A stretch of DNA of 64,000 nt from a bacterium (GCA_965216635.1 OZ244188.1:991058-1055057), one strand, 5' to 3'. Shown: positions 34,005 to 44,452, counted from the stretch's first letter. The notes: generated from the sequence alone by a model not told the origin. Numbers and translations: made by a program.

Positions 34005-35273
34005 CTATTTAAAGCGAAGCACGAAGCGGATATAAATAGCATTCGTGGATTTCACCTTGATTACACGATTCTCTGTATTGGTGGTTGTGCTTCGCACATT
34101 GGCTCTTCTAGTTTCCGTTATTGTTTGGGTTCGGGTAACCTCTATCCTATTGTCTGGTTGATTATCCCCAGTAAGGCGGCTATCTGGGTTGTTGATTCCA
34201 ACTACCAAAGAATCTTCTCTCTTTGTATCAGTATTCGTAGCTTCATCAGATACTATTTCATAGGTTGGTGTTGGTGTTGAGACTACAACATTTTTTTCTA
34301 CTGAAAGAGAGCTTCCAGACCAAAGAGCACCTGCTTGCACGGAAAGGTTTTTGGTTATGGAGTAGTCGTAACCAAACTGTACCGCTGGAGCTGTTTTGGA
34401 CGCTGAACCTAAGTCAGTATCCAAAGTCAAATTAGCCAAACCAGCGCCTACAGAAAACCCGTAGGGCAGAAAATAATTCGCAACCGCAATTACAGAGTTG
34501 AGCCTGTTGTTTCCTTCTGTTAAAGCGTAGTACTGCAAAGAGACTCCCCATTTTTCCAAGTTGTAACCAAACAGGATTCCGTAACCACCTAGCGAATCAG
34601 TCCGAGAAATATTGGGACTAGAACTAGTAGAACCAGCAACAGGTTTAGTGCTAGTGGAGTCTAATATGTCACCAATACTACCAAAATCTAGCTCAGTAAA
34701 TCTGTTTTTACATAAATTATTTCTTTCTACTGTAGAAATGCCATTAAACGAACTTAATGTTCCACGAGTTGCATCTAAAGACAAGAATGTTACAGCTCCA
34801 CCCTCACCCACACTTTGCTCGCAGGCGGTTTTAGCAGCTGTAATTCCCTCATTCTGTAACGCTTCGCCTCTCCCATTTGGGGTACTTGTCCAATTTTCCT
34901 GTCCCTCAACAGGAATGTAATTTTGAAAATTAGAAATACCATCTAGCGTAGTATCAAATATTGCACCTGTATAGCTATTGCTCACTGCTGTGATTTCAAG
35001 ATCTGCAGATACCTCCATTTTTGTTGTTGTTCTCCTAATATTGCTAGTTTCTGTCGTTATCTCAAAACCCGAAACAAAAGGACTAACCCCCACAAACCAA
35101 CCCAGCTGTCTTGCTTGTTTTCCTTCTTGGGCTTTTAAACTACCCACCCCTGCATAGAAAAATAAAAATGCCGCTGTAAATATAAGGGGCAAAACAACCG
35201 ATTTCAATACAACCAATCTCAATACAAACGACTTCAAAACAAACAGGTTCAATTTAATATTTATAGATTTCAT
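34005..35273 (-). CDS. Outer-membrane beta-barrel protein with large loops (paralogue 2)
   Basis: Signal peptide, GWFVGVS..SGFEITT, YGILFGYNLEKW, ANYFLPYGFSVGAG, VQFGYDY, terminal IRFVLRFK; collinear with 5082-6500. Confidence 0.75.
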   Translation of the reverse strand: MKSINIKLNLFVLKSFVLRLVVLKSVVLPLIFTAAFLFFYAGVGSLKAQEGKQARQLGWFVGVSPFVSGFEITTETSNIRRTTTKMEVSADLEITAVSNSYTGAIFDTTLDGISNFQNYIPVEGQENWTSTPNGRGEALQNEGITAAKTACEQSVGEGGAVTFLSLDATRGTLSSFNGISTVERNNLCKNRFTELDFGSIGDILDSTSTKPVAGSTSSSPNISRTDSLGGYGILFGYNLEKWGVSLQYYALTEGNNRLNSVIAVANYFLPYGFSVGAGLANLTLDTDLGSASKTAPAVQFGYDYSITKNLSVQAGALWSGSSLSVEKNVVVSTPTPTYEIVSDEATNTDTKREDSLVVGINNPDSRLTGDNQPDNRIEVTRTQTITETRRANVRSTTTNTENRVIKVKSTNAIYIRFVLRFK

Positions 35274-35368
35274 AATATAATTTATTATTTTAAGATTAAA
35301 AAACAAAACTTTATAAAGGATAGCTAAAAACAAATAAAAAAACAAATAAAAAAACCAAATGCATTGCT

Positions 35369-35508
35369 GGGGACATTTTTTTTGCTCCAAATGGTTGACT
35401 AAGCAACCATTTTGGGTGAAAATGTGTCCCCGAAAAAACCCCTTCTTCTTTAAGAACGGGGACACATTTTTTGCCCAAAATGGTTGAATAAGCAAAAAAA
35501 ATGTCCCC
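35369..35508. repeat. Alternative inverted repeats (GGGGACA...AAATGGTTG)
   Basis: 35404-35431 is complementary to both 35369-35397 and 35458-35487. Confidence 0.7.
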
Positions 35509-35706
35509 TGCAGGTTTGGAAAAAAAAACATCCCCTGCAGGTTTGGAAAAAAAAACATCTCCTACAGGTTTGGAAAAAAAAACATCCCCTGCAGGTTTGG
35601 AAAAAAAAATGTCCCCTGCAGGTTTGGAAAAAAAAACATCCCCTACAGGTTTGGAAAAAAAAACATCCCCTGCAGGTTTGGAAAAAAAGAACATCTCCTA
35701 CAGGTT
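35501..35706. repeat. 27-bp VNTR, 7 full copies plus a partial
   Basis: A(C/T)(A/G)TC(C/T)CCT(G/A)CAGGTTTGGAAAAAAAA units. Confidence 0.95.
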
Positions 35707-35712
35707 TTTTAA

Positions 35713-36993
35713 TTATTGTCCAACCTTAATCAAGTAATAATCTTTTTTTCCTTTCCTTATAAAAATAAAATTTTCAGAAATTTTATCTTCTGGTGATATT
35801 TTTTTTTCTACAGTATCTATTCTTTTATTGTTGACATAAATTCCTCCTGATTCTATCAATTTCCGAGCCCTGCCTTTAGATTCTACAGCTTGAATTTCTA
35901 CTAAAGCCTCTACAATGCACCAGCCAAGTTTTAATTTATCCGAAGAAATTTCAAACGAAGCAACATCTTCAAAAATCTCGGAAACCATTTCGTCGCTTAA
36001 CCTGCCAGTAGTAGAACCAGCAGCTTTTCCATAAAAAATTTTACTTGCTTTTTTTACTTTTTCTAACTCTTCTTTACCGTGCAAAGCTAAAACTACATTT
36101 TCTGCGAGTATTTGCTGGGCTTCTCGGTGGTGGGGGTTTTCACTGTGAGATTTTTCTAAATCTTGAATTTTTTCTAAAGGGTAATCACTCAGCTTTTTCA
36201 ATAAAGAAATAACTTCTTTGTCTTCACTACGGATGAGATATTGATACATTTGAAAAGGAGAAGTTTTTTTAGCATCTAACCACAGGGCTCCTTTCTCGCT
36301 CTTGCCAATTTTACTACCATCACTTTTTAGCAATAAAGGCATAGTCAAGCCGTAAGCCTGTTTAGAAAGAATTCTACGAATAAGATCAATCCCCGCTACA
36401 ATGTTGCCCCATTGATCCGAACCTCCTATTTGTAAGGAGCAACCATAATTTTTAAAAAGATAGTAAAAATCATAAGCCTGTAGCAACATATAGCTAAATT
36501 CTGTATAGGTAATCCCTTCACCTGTTAATCTTCTTTTTATGGATTCCTTAGCAAGCATGTTGCTGACAGCAAAAAATTTTCCGTAATCCCTTAAAAAATT
36601 GAGATAACTAAAATTTTTCATCCAATCAAAATTATTGACGATTTGGGCTTTATTTTTAGATTGAAAATCTAAGAAAATTTCTAACTGGGGTTTGGTTTTG
36701 GAAATATTAAATTCTAATTCTTCTGTGCTTAACAGCTTTCGTTCTTTATCTTTCCCAGATGGATCTCCTATGCTTCCTGTAGAACCTCCAATCACAGCTA
36801 GCGGAGAATGCCCTGCTTTTTGTAGCAAAGCCATCAACCTAAAAACAGCCAGTTGTCCTAAATGAAAGCTATCCGAAGAAGGATCAAAGCCTACATAAAA
36901 ACAAATTTGCTTTTCGTTTAAGATGGTTTCTAGCTGAGGGTGAGTTGTAGCATCTAGATAGCCTCTAGCACTAATTTCCGAAAATGGATTCAT
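35713..36993 (-). CDS. tyrS: Tyrosine--tRNA ligase
   Basis: YVGFDPS..HLG, QIGGSDQWGNI, KIGKS, S4 domain. Confidence 0.97.
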   Translation of the reverse strand: MNPFSEISARGYLDATTHPQLETILNEKQICFYVGFDPSSDSFHLGQLAVFRLMALLQKAGHSPLAVIGGSTGSIGDPSGKDKERKLLSTEELEFNISKTKPQLEIFLDFQSKNKAQIVNNFDWMKNFSYLNFLRDYGKFFAVSNMLAKESIKRRLTGEGITYTEFSYMLLQAYDFYYLFKNYGCSLQIGGSDQWGNIVAGIDLIRRILSKQAYGLTMPLLLKSDGSKIGKSEKGALWLDAKKTSPFQMYQYLIRSEDKEVISLLKKLSDYPLEKIQDLEKSHSENPHHREAQQILAENVVLALHGKEELEKVKKASKIFYGKAAGSTTGRLSDEMVSEIFEDVASFEISSDKLKLGWCIVEALVEIQAVESKGRARKLIESGGIYVNNKRIDTVEKKISPEDKISENFIFIRKGKKDYYLIKVGQ

Positions 36994-37724
36994 TGAGTTT
37001 CTAAAACAATAATTTGAAAAACCTTGTTGTTTTTAAAGACAATTTTCCTATCTTCATAATTCCACTCTGTGATATCATTCGCAGAGTTTTTCTCTGCTGG
37101 CTCTTCTAATACTAATATTACATGTTCGGGACTGTAGCCGATTTCCACCACACCTGCTAGAATTTTATCTCGTATTTGACGCGGAACTTGAGGGGTATCT
37201 ACAATTTGCTGATTCTTTGCATCTAGCCATTTTAAAGATTTATTCGCTCTATAAACAATTCTACTACGAGGTGCCCATATTTTCTCTGGAAAATCTATAT
37301 TATAATTGACTTCGTACCAATTAAGAAAAGGAACGTCTTGTGCTGGAAAGAACTTCCCCGTGGCTTTTAAAAACTCAACAGATACTTCGTGATAGCCCAA
37401 AAAATCCTCTTGTTTTACAGGGATTTTTTTAAAAAATTTTACTTTTTTTTCTGCTGTATTTTCTAAATCAACATAAACAAAACCAGTCCCTGTTTCTTTT
37501 TTACGAATAGTATTTTTTTCTACTAAAAAAAATATACGGTTGTTGGAATCTATAAAAATATCTAAAACCTTAAAACTACTATAGGTTGGAACATAGTATT
37601 TTTTGCTTTGCAAGTCTGGAGACGCATAAAAATAGCTATTTCTGGTAGTAATTACAGAGCCCAGAGCAAAAATAGATCCAATAGATAAAAAAAATAAAAG
37701 AGCACTAAAAAGAAGTTTTTTCAT
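36990..37724 (-). CDS. Exported hypothetical protein, BamE/SmpA-like C-terminal pattern
   Basis: Signal peptide; IGYSPEHV..VLEEP...EWNY...VFKNNKV. Confidence 0.55.
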   Translation of the reverse strand: MKKLLFSALLFFLSIGSIFALGSVITTRNSYFYASPDLQSKKYYVPTYSSFKVLDIFIDSNNRIFFLVEKNTIRKKETGTGFVYVDLENTAEKKVKFFKKIPVKQEDFLGYHEVSVEFLKATGKFFPAQDVPFLNWYEVNYNIDFPEKIWAPRSRIVYRANKSLKWLDAKNQQIVDTPQVPRQIRDKILAGVVEIGYSPEHVILVLEEPAEKNSANDITEWNYEDRKIVFKNNKVFQIIVLETQ

Positions 37725-37805
37725 AGTAAAATAGATCAAAATTTATATCCACTATAACCGAATAATAACAATAAAACAAGTACTTTATTTGCTGAGATTT
37801 TAATT

Positions 37806-38360
37806 TTATGTTAACTTTAAAAAGTGTAAATAAATTTTTCCGTATTTCTTCAAGCAAATAGGAGTGATATTTTTATGTGTGAATAGGCAGTTTAAGTCTT
37901 TATCTTTTTCTATCACTAAAAAGCTCGGGTAGGCTTTTTCTTTTTGGAGTCTATCTAACCAGACCTGTTCTAAATCCATAAGAAAAGGAGCGTCTATAAA
38001 AAAAACTTTGGGAGTTTTTTTTTTGTTTAGATTGAATTTTTGAAAGGAGGAAAAATTATCTCCAAAATAAAGTTCAAAATCCAATGTTTCGGGTAATCGT
38101 GTTAGTTTTTTTTTTAAACTAGAAAATACGGCTGGATTGCTTTCAAAAAAAAAACTTTTTTTAAAGCCACGATTTAAAGCCTCTATACCTACAGCCCCTG
38201 TTCCAGCGAAAAGGTCAAAAAAACTATAGTCAGCAAAAGAAATCCTAGAATACAAAACATCAAAGATACTATTTCTAATACGGCTTTTTGTGGGACGCAG
38301 TCCTTTTTCTTGGATTACTTTGAATTTGAAATTTCTTAAAATACCTGCATCAATTTTCAT
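37806..38360 (-). CDS. rsmD: 16S rRNA m2G966 methyltransferase
   Basis: LRPTKSRIR, FDLFAGTGAVGIEALNRG, FIDAPF. Confidence 0.85.
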   Translation of the reverse strand: MKIDAGILRNFKFKVIQEKGLRPTKSRIRNSIFDVLYSRISFADYSFFDLFAGTGAVGIEALNRGFKKSFFFESNPAVFSSLKKKLTRLPETLDFELYFGDNFSSFQKFNLNKKKTPKVFFIDAPFLMDLEQVWLDRLQKEKAYPSFLVIEKDKDLNCLFTHKNITPICLKKYGKIYLHFLKLT

Positions 38361-39363
38361 TTCTTAACAAAGGATATTTCCGATCAATTTCTGCTTTGAT
38401 TTCGTCCCAAGTAGGACTATAAGTGCCAAGTTTTTTAATCGCAACAGCAGCTGCCAGATTAGCCAAATTACCAGTCATTTCTATAGACTGCTTTCCTCCT
38501 AAAATTATGGCAACAATGGAAGTAACCAAATCTCCTGCACCTGTAACATCAAAAACACTTTCTTGCTGAACTGAAAAAAATTGATATTCTTTCGGATTTT
38601 GATAAATTAACAGTCCTTCTTTATCCAAACTTAACACAATGGTATCTATTGCAGTTTTCTTTTGGATGAAAGCTGCTGCTTTGAGGTAATCTGTCTGTGA
38701 TCGCAATTTAGCTTTACAAAAAATTTCTGCTTCTACTCTATTGGGTTTGATGCAGTGTGCTCTTTTATAGATAGAAAAATCTACAGTTTTTGCAGGATCT
38801 ACAACCACGAACAAATTATTTTTCCTTGCTTCGGCAATCAATTTAGTAACTAGTGTCGGGTTACAACTACCTTTTAGATAATCAGAGATTATCAATATCT
38901 GAAAATTTTTAAGGTTTAAGTTAGCCCAAAAATGAGCCGATTTTTTTTTGTCTAGGACAAATCTTTTTTCATAATCCAGTCTTAAAAGCTGTTGTCTTCT
39001 TGTTGAAATTCTGCATTTGACAACTGTTTGATAGTTTTCTAAAGCATGAAAATTAGAGATATTTACTTTTTGCTGTTTTAAAATACCAAGTAGTTTTTCT
39101 CCTGCTTCATCTTTACCATAAATTCCCATAGGAGTAGCTTGACAGCCTAGTCTTAGTAAATTCATAAGACAACAACCTGCACCGCCCAGCTGGAATTGTT
39201 CTTCTTCTGTTTGTAAAATAGGAATAGGCGCTTCGGGTGAAATTCTTGTCACGTTGCCCCAAATATAATGGTCCAACATAAAATCTCCGAAAACTAAAAC
39301 TTTAAAAGGTTTGAAATTTTCGATAAATTGCCGAAGTATTAATCTGCAGTCTTTTTTATTCAT
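38350..39363 (-). CDS. rfaE1: D-glycero-beta-D-manno-heptose-7-phosphate kinase (stand-alone kinase domain)
   Basis: GDFMLDHY.WG.VTRISPEAPIP, ISDYLKG, VDP, KPNR.EA, DVTGAGD. Confidence 0.9.
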   Translation of the reverse strand: MNKKDCRLILRQFIENFKPFKVLVFGDFMLDHYIWGNVTRISPEAPIPILQTEEEQFQLGGAGCCLMNLLRLGCQATPMGIYGKDEAGEKLLGILKQQKVNISNFHALENYQTVVKCRISTRRQQLLRLDYEKRFVLDKKKSAHFWANLNLKNFQILIISDYLKGSCNPTLVTKLIAEARKNNLFVVVDPAKTVDFSIYKRAHCIKPNRVEAEIFCKAKLRSQTDYLKAAAFIQKKTAIDTIVLSLDKEGLLIYQNPKEYQFFSVQQESVFDVTGAGDLVTSIVAIILGGKQSIEMTGNLANLAAAVAIKKLGTYSPTWDEIKAEIDRKYPLLRNEN

Positions 39364-39371
39364 TTTTTGAT

Positions 39372-39980
39372 TTACGGAAAAAGAAGGTTCTTCACCCACA
39401 ATCCTTTTTTTTTAATAAAACGAACTCTATCGTGTAGCCTAAAATTCTCTGCCTGCCAAAATTCTATCATACTAGGAACGATGCTAATACCTCTCCAATC
39501 TTTTGGTAAAGGAATTTTTTTTAGTTGTGAAAATTTTTTCTCATAGTAATTATAATTTTCTAATAGTCCTTCTCGGGTTTTCAATTCTTTGCTTTGCTGA
39601 GATGCCCAAGCACCTATTTGGCTTTCTTTAGCTCTAGTAGAAAAATAAATTTCTGTTTGTTTTCGGGACAAAAAACTGCGCCTACCTTCTATTCTAATTT
39701 GTCTGTTCAATTTATCCCAATAGACAAGTATAGCGGCGTAAGGGTTTTTTTTGAGTTGTTTTCCTTTAAGACTTTGTAAATTGGTATAAAAAACAAATCC
39801 TTCTTTTTTGCTGAATTTTTTTAAAAGTACTACTCTTGAAGAAACCTTTCCTTTCTCATCAGCAGTAGAAAGACTTACCGCATTGTAATCATTCAAACCG
39901 CACTTTTGCGCGTCTGAAAACCACTTTTTTACTCCTAGCCAAGGATCTTGAATAGTTTCTAATATTTTTGATGATTTCAT
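39372..39980 (-). CDS. pdxH: Pyridoxamine 5'-phosphate oxidase
   Basis: SRVVLLK, FYTN..S.KG, RQIRIEG, SQIGAWASQQS, EFWQ..RLHDR. Confidence 0.95.
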   Translation of the reverse strand: MKSSKILETIQDPWLGVKKWFSDAQKCGLNDYNAVSLSTADEKGKVSSRVVLLKKFSKKEGFVFYTNLQSLKGKQLKKNPYAAILVYWDKLNRQIRIEGRRSFLSRKQTEIYFSTRAKESQIGAWASQQSKELKTREGLLENYNYYEKKFSQLKKIPLPKDWRGISIVPSMIEFWQAENFRLHDRVRFIKKKGLWVKNLLFP

Positions 39981-39997
39981 CTATTTCCAATTTTTTA

Positions 39998-40044
39998 GAG
40001 ACCTTTTGAATTAGACATTATACCTTGTTTAATTCAAAGATCTC
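39998..40044. mobile_element. Minimal palindromic element
   Basis: GAGACCTTTTGAATTAG...AATTCAAAGATCTC; supplies RDL-stop of the adjacent gene. Confidence 0.75.
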
Positions 40045-40360
40045 TTTGTAATTGTAATTTTATCAATCTTAATTCCATTTCCAATTTTTTTAAATTTCGT
40101 TTAATAATTTCCAAGTCTTTTACATTTTTTTCTCTATCTGTATTTAAATCATCTATTTGCTGGCTAAGTAACAAAAGACTTCTTTTGAGTTGTTTAGAAA
40201 GATTTTCTATTTGTTTGTTTTGTTTTTCTTGAATCTCTAATTTTATTACTCTTTTTTCTAGAGCTCTAATTCTACCTATTTGAGATTCAGCAGAAGCACA
40301 AGAAAGTAGAGATAGCGGAAGTAGTAAGATAAAAAGATTTTTATTGCTAAAAAATTTCAT
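40034..40360 (-). CDS. Coiled-coil lipoprotein
   Basis: Lipobox LLSC, heptad pattern. Confidence 0.65.
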   Translation of the reverse strand: MKFFSNKNLFILLLPLSLLSCASAESQIGRIRALEKRVIKLEIQEKQNKQIENLSKQLKRSLLLLSQQIDDLNTDREKNVKDLEIIKRNLKKLEMELRLIKLQLQRDL

Positions 40361-40385
40361 TTTTTTTAAGGGACGATATATTTTA

Positions 40386-40769
40386 TAGACCTTTGAATTT
40401 GCCAAATAGCACAAAACTAGCTGTGACGGCTAGCCAAATAGTTAGAAAACTGTAAAAAAAAAATTTAGCTCGCAGGAATATCGTAGTGCCACAATAATGG
40501 AACCAGGGCACTACAAAACTTGCATAATTCTCAAAAAGAAATTCAAAAGTGCCAACTTTTTTGGTGTAGATTTATTGTTGTCTACCAGCAAGAGTGCCAC
40601 TGGCACTCTTGCACAAAAACCTTATTATATTTCAATTTTTCATACATTTGGTTGTTTTGAACTTTTACTATAGCCCTTATGAAATAGATAGCAAAAGAAA
40701 AGTATTTCAAGAGTTAAATTTTTTTTAAAACACTGCATAGGCTGAACAGAATGTAAATTTAAAGGTCTA
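40386..40769. mobile_element. Longest palindromic element copy
   Basis: TAGACCTTTGAATTTGCC ... GTAAATTTAAAGGTCTA; internal hairpin AAGAGTGCCACTGGCACTCTT. Confidence 0.8.
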
Positions 40770-42107
40770 TTTTAGATATTTCCATTGAAAATTATAAGCC
40801 CAATCAGGATTAGTTTCTTTAAGTCCTTTTGGCGAAGAAGTCAAACGTCTTGCGTATTCTCCATCTACTGTCATCACATAAAGTTTCGCTTCTCCGCTGA
40901 TTTTAGAACTAAAAACAATCAACCTATCGTCTGGTGACCAGCTAGGTTCTTCTGAAGATTTTTTACTAAACGTCAGTTGCCTTAAAACTTCTCCTTGAAT
41001 ATTCATTAAAAAAATTTGAAAAACACCACTTTTTAAACCTGCGTAGACAATATAATTCCCGTCGTTACTCCATTTGGGATCTGTATTATATTTCCCCATA
41101 AAAGATAACCTTTTTTGTTCTCCTGTTTTTAAATTCATATAATAAATTTGAACCGTTCCTGAACGGTTAGAAACAAACAGTAAATCTTCTCCGTTGGGAG
41201 CTAAAGAAGGACTTGTATCTATGGAAGAAAAATTGGTTAATCTTTGCTTAATATTGCCTTTTACAGAAAAAAGATAAATGTCGGAGTTTCCTCTTTTAGA
41301 AAAAGTAGCAACCAAATCACCGTTTTTTTTATTCCAACTGCCTCCTGTAGCAATACCTTCATTAGAAGAAATTAAAGTCTTCAACTGTTTTTTTATCAAA
41401 TCTAAAAAAAATATCCTAGTCCCTACAGAGCCGCTAGCTGTATAGATAAAACCTCTTTCATTAGGCGTCCAACGAGGTAAAACATTATATTCTAAATTGG
41501 AAATAATAATTTTTTTTCGTATATGGTGAGTATCTGTAATAATAATTCTTTTAGGATGATTACTCTTTTGTTCTGAATAAATAATTGCGCTCCCTAATGT
41601 CCCTTTTTTTTGCGAAATTTTATAGATAATACGCTGCACAAAATCAATAATATTATTTTCTAACTTTTCATTACTACGGCTATTTTTAAAGAAACCTTGC
41701 AATAAAAGCTTATCATCTTGTGTGAAAATTTTAACTACAATAGCATCTTGGGTTTGGTTATTTGGGGTTTGGTTATTTGGGGCTTGGTTATTTTGGGGTG
41801 GGTTATTTTGGGCTTGGTTATTTTGGGCTTGATTATCAAAAGCAATTTTTTTTGCTATAATAAATTTAAGACTAGCTTGTTTCTCTTTTTTTTTAGACGA
41901 AAAAACTCCGCTCCATTCTAAATTTTTTTTTAAAGTAGCAAGCACAAGTCTAGTATTGTAGATAGCCGTGCCTTCCCACTTAGAATGAATCTGTATTCTC
42001 TGATATAAAGATCCTTTGATATCTATGTAATCATTTTTTTCTTGTGCTAAAAGTGATCCTACACAAAAAAAACTGCCTATAAAAAATTGTAGTATTTTTT
42101 TACTCAT
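40767..42107 (-). CDS. tolB: TolB
   Basis: PD40 repeats (PRWTP, PSLAPNG, PKWSNDG, PSWSPDD). Confidence 0.9.
   Translation of the reverse strand: MSKKILQFFIGSFFCVGSLLAQEKNDYIDIKGSLYQRIQIHSKWEGTAIYNTRLVLATLKKNLEWSGVFSSKKKEKQASLKFIIAKKIAFDNQAQNNQAQNNPPQNNQAPNNQTPNNQTQDAIVVKIFTQDDKLLLQGFFKNSRSNEKLENNIIDFVQRIIYKISQKKGTLGSAIIYSEQKSNHPKRIIITDTHHIRKKIIISNLEYNVLPRWTPNERGFIYTASGSVGTRIFFLDLIKKQLKTLISSNEGIATGGSWNKKNGDLVATFSKRGNSDIYLFSVKGNIKQRLTNFSSIDTSPSLAPNGEDLLFVSNRSGTVQIYYMNLKTGEQKRLSFMGKYNTDPKWSNDGNYIVYAGLKSGVFQIFLMNIQGEVLRQLTFSKKSSEEPSWSPDDRLIVFSSKISGEAKLYVMTVDGEYARRLTSSPKGLKETNPDWAYNFQWKYLK
41748..41837 (-). repeat. 6x15-bp coding repeat in tolB (NNQAQ-type)
   Basis: NNQAQ NNQAQ NNPPQ NNQAP NNQTP NNQTQ. 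Confidence 0.85.
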
Positions 42108-42109
42108 TG

Positions 42110-42844
42110 TCATAGTATCCGCCCTCCTTGAAAACGAAAAACAAAAACAAATTCTTTCACCCTATACTCATTCGGAATTACAGGAAACGGGTGGGAATTT
42201 TTGATAGCTTCTAGAGCCGACAAATCAAAGGCAGACAACCGAGAATTTCGCACAATTTTGACATCATCCAATGCACCCGTTTTGAGTATTTTAGCTTGAA
42301 TAATTACTTGCAGTTTTTTATCGCTAAAAGAGCTTTTCCAGTTATTTTGAATGATAGCTTCAATCAATTTTTTATACTCATTATTTTGTTGAGTAGAATC
42401 TACTGCTGAGGCTTCTGTCTTAACAGTTAGATTTTGGGTTGTAGTTTTTTTATTATTATTTGTAATGTTAGGCGAGCTCGGTTGATTGAGCTGGATGTTT
42501 TTTAAATCAGGTTCTTGAACAACATCCAACCCTTCTTGAACTTCCCTCAATAAATCTTCGTCTGCTTCAAGGTTAAGTTGTTTCAGACTCCTTGCCAAAT
42601 TATTATCAAAATTGCTTGTAGAAGACGACTTAGAAGACGACTGCAGAGTTTTTTGTTTTGATTTTGTCTGATTTGATTTTGCATTGCTCGTTTGAGTTTT
42701 TGAGGATTTTTGAAAATAAACTTTGGTCTTAATAGGCTGAACGGGAATATAGGAAGTAGAATAATAAAGTGATATTGCCAATGCAAGCAATAGATGGCAG
42801 GTAAAGGATGCGAATAGAAATCTAGAAAATTTTAAATTATTCAT
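42110..42844 (-). CDS. tolA: TolA/TonB-family protein
   Basis: N-terminal TM with SxxxH, low-complexity linker, TonB_C-like end (FDLSALEAI...FP). Confidence 0.75.
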   Translation of the reverse strand: MNNLKFSRFLFASFTCHLLLALAISLYYSTSYIPVQPIKTKVYFQKSSKTQTSNAKSNQTKSKQKTLQSSSKSSSTSNFDNNLARSLKQLNLEADEDLLREVQEGLDVVQEPDLKNIQLNQPSSPNITNNNKKTTTQNLTVKTEASAVDSTQQNNEYKKLIEAIIQNNWKSSFSDKKLQVIIQAKILKTGALDDVKIVRNSRLSAFDLSALEAIKNSHPFPVIPNEYRVKEFVFVFRFQGGRIL

Positions 42845-42957
42845 CTTATTATTTAAAACAGAGAATATTGAATTAGAAAGACTTTTGAAGTTTAGCACTC
42901 TAGGAATGCTAGACAAGGCAAAAAATAGAGCCGAACTAGAATACCTAATTCAACATT

Positions 42958-43215
42958 GAAACCTTTGAATTAGTGTTATGTGACGGCTAGGCAAGGCGTA
43001 AATTTGTAAAAAAGCGGAGCATACACGCTAGTATGTGAGTATTTTTTACAAATTTTTAATGGCGTAGTGCCACAATAATGTGATCAGGGCACTACAAAAC
43101 CTAAAGCTAACACAATATAGACTGCAAAAGCTCCAGTGGAGCTTTTGCTAAAGCCTGTATAGGGTGAAAGCAATAAGCTTGCTTTGGCTAAACAGAACGC
43201 TAATTCAAAGGTCTC
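42958..43215. mobile_element. Palindromic intergenic element
   Basis: GAAACCTTTGAATTAG ... CTAATTCAAAGGTCTC; hairpin GCAAAAGCTCCAGTGGAGCTTTTGC. Confidence 0.8.
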
Positions 43216-43223
43216 ACAGTCTC

Positions 43224-43634
43224 TTAGAGTTCTTCTACCAATAGCCCTATATCTTGGAAACCTAAATTTCGGATTTGTGCCATTAACTTAACCACTGCAC
43301 CATAACTTAGTCTGCGATCTGCTTGAATAAAAACCTGCTTGCCGCCCTTTTTTTGGTATTTTATCAGCTCAGCCTTGAGAAAAGTAAAATTTTTTCTTTG
43401 CTTGAGGTAATAAATTCTGTTCTGAGAATCTAAGCTCACAATAAATTCTCGTTTTGGAGTGGTAACCGTTTTTTGAAACTTTTCTTTGGGTAAAGAAATC
43501 TGTATATCCTTAGTGATTACTGGGGCTGTAATCATAAAAATAATGAGTAAAATTAATAAAACATCTACAAAAGGAGTGACATTGATGTCACCTATATCTT
43601 TATCTATATCTATTTTTTGAGAAATAAATTTCAT
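43224..43634 (-). CDS. tolR: TolR/ExbD
   Basis: INVTPFVDVLLILLIIFMITAP, ADRRLSYG. Confidence 0.9.
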   Translation of the reverse strand: MKFISQKIDIDKDIGDINVTPFVDVLLILLIIFMITAPVITKDIQISLPKEKFQKTVTTPKREFIVSLDSQNRIYYLKQRKNFTFLKAELIKYQKKGGKQVFIQADRRLSYGAVVKLMAQIRNLGFQDIGLLVEEL

Positions 43635-44296
43635 TTATTTGTTTTTAAAATATTTACTATCTCAAGGGTTATTATTTCTAAATCTTCTACTAAATTGCGC
43701 AATTTGCTATTGTAGTAATTATAAAAAATTAAGGCGGGAATAGCGACAAAAATACCCAAAGCAGTAGCGATTAGCGCTTCGGAGAGTCCTGGAGCGACTA
43801 CGGCAAGACTGGTAGCTTTTTGAAGAGATATTTCTCTGAAAGTATTGGTGACTCCTACCACAGTGCCTAGCAAACCTATAAAAGGAGCAGCAGAACTGCA
43901 AATTGCTAAAAAAGAAAGTCCTATTCTGTATTTTTTTTGAATCTGAACTAGCTGTATAGACGCAATTCTTTGAAAAATCCCCAATTCTTCCTCTCCTAAG
44001 CTTTGGAAAGTTCTTTGTTTGTGATTATCAAACTCCAACAGGCAACGACTAAGCAAGGGAAAATAAATTTTTTTTTCGCTTATTTCTAATATCTGGTGAA
44101 GTTGTGAAATATCTTTTTTTTTTTGTAGGAATTTCTTAAAAGAAGCTACTTGATAACCAACTCCAATGTATTGGAAAAATTTGAGCAGTATTACGCTCCA
44201 AGAAAAAACAGAAAGAAAAAAAAGGAGGATAAAAATAAATCGAGCAAAAATTCCCGCTTGTGCAAAGAGAGGTAAGAAAAAAAGTATATCGGACAT
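43631..44296 (-). CDS. tolQ: TolQ/ExbB
   Basis: APFIGLLGTV.G, VVAPGLSEALIATALG.FVAIPA. Confidence 0.92.
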   Translation of the reverse strand: MSDILFFLPLFAQAGIFARFIFILLFFLSVFSWSVILLKFFQYIGVGYQVASFKKFLQKKKDISQLHQILEISEKKIYFPLLSRCLLEFDNHKQRTFQSLGEEELGIFQRIASIQLVQIQKKYRIGLSFLAICSSAAPFIGLLGTVVGVTNTFREISLQKATSLAVVAPGLSEALIATALGIFVAIPALIFYNYYNSKLRNLVEDLEIITLEIVNILKTNK

Positions 44297-44311
44297 AAAG
44301 TCAAAAGTCTC

Positions 44312-44452
44312 GAGATCTTTGCATTAATGCAATTTGGCAGCTAGGCAAGGCGCAAAAGTTTTTTATTTTGCTACGAATACTGAAGTATTTTGAGAAATAA
44401 AAAACTTGAATAACGACGCATAGGCTAAATAGAACACTAATGCAAAGGTTTC
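44312..44452. mobile_element. Palindromic intergenic element
   Basis: GAGATCTTTGCATTA ... TAATGCAAAGGTTTC, preceded by a second end remnant TCAAAAGTCTC. Confidence 0.75.

Noticed and set aside
35311-35737. CRISPR array or repeat proteins (ORFs 35311-35694, 35484-35729, 35501-35737, and the N-terminal extension of 34005-35558)
   Set aside because: 27-bp tandem units without spacers; open frames arise because the unit has no stop codons.
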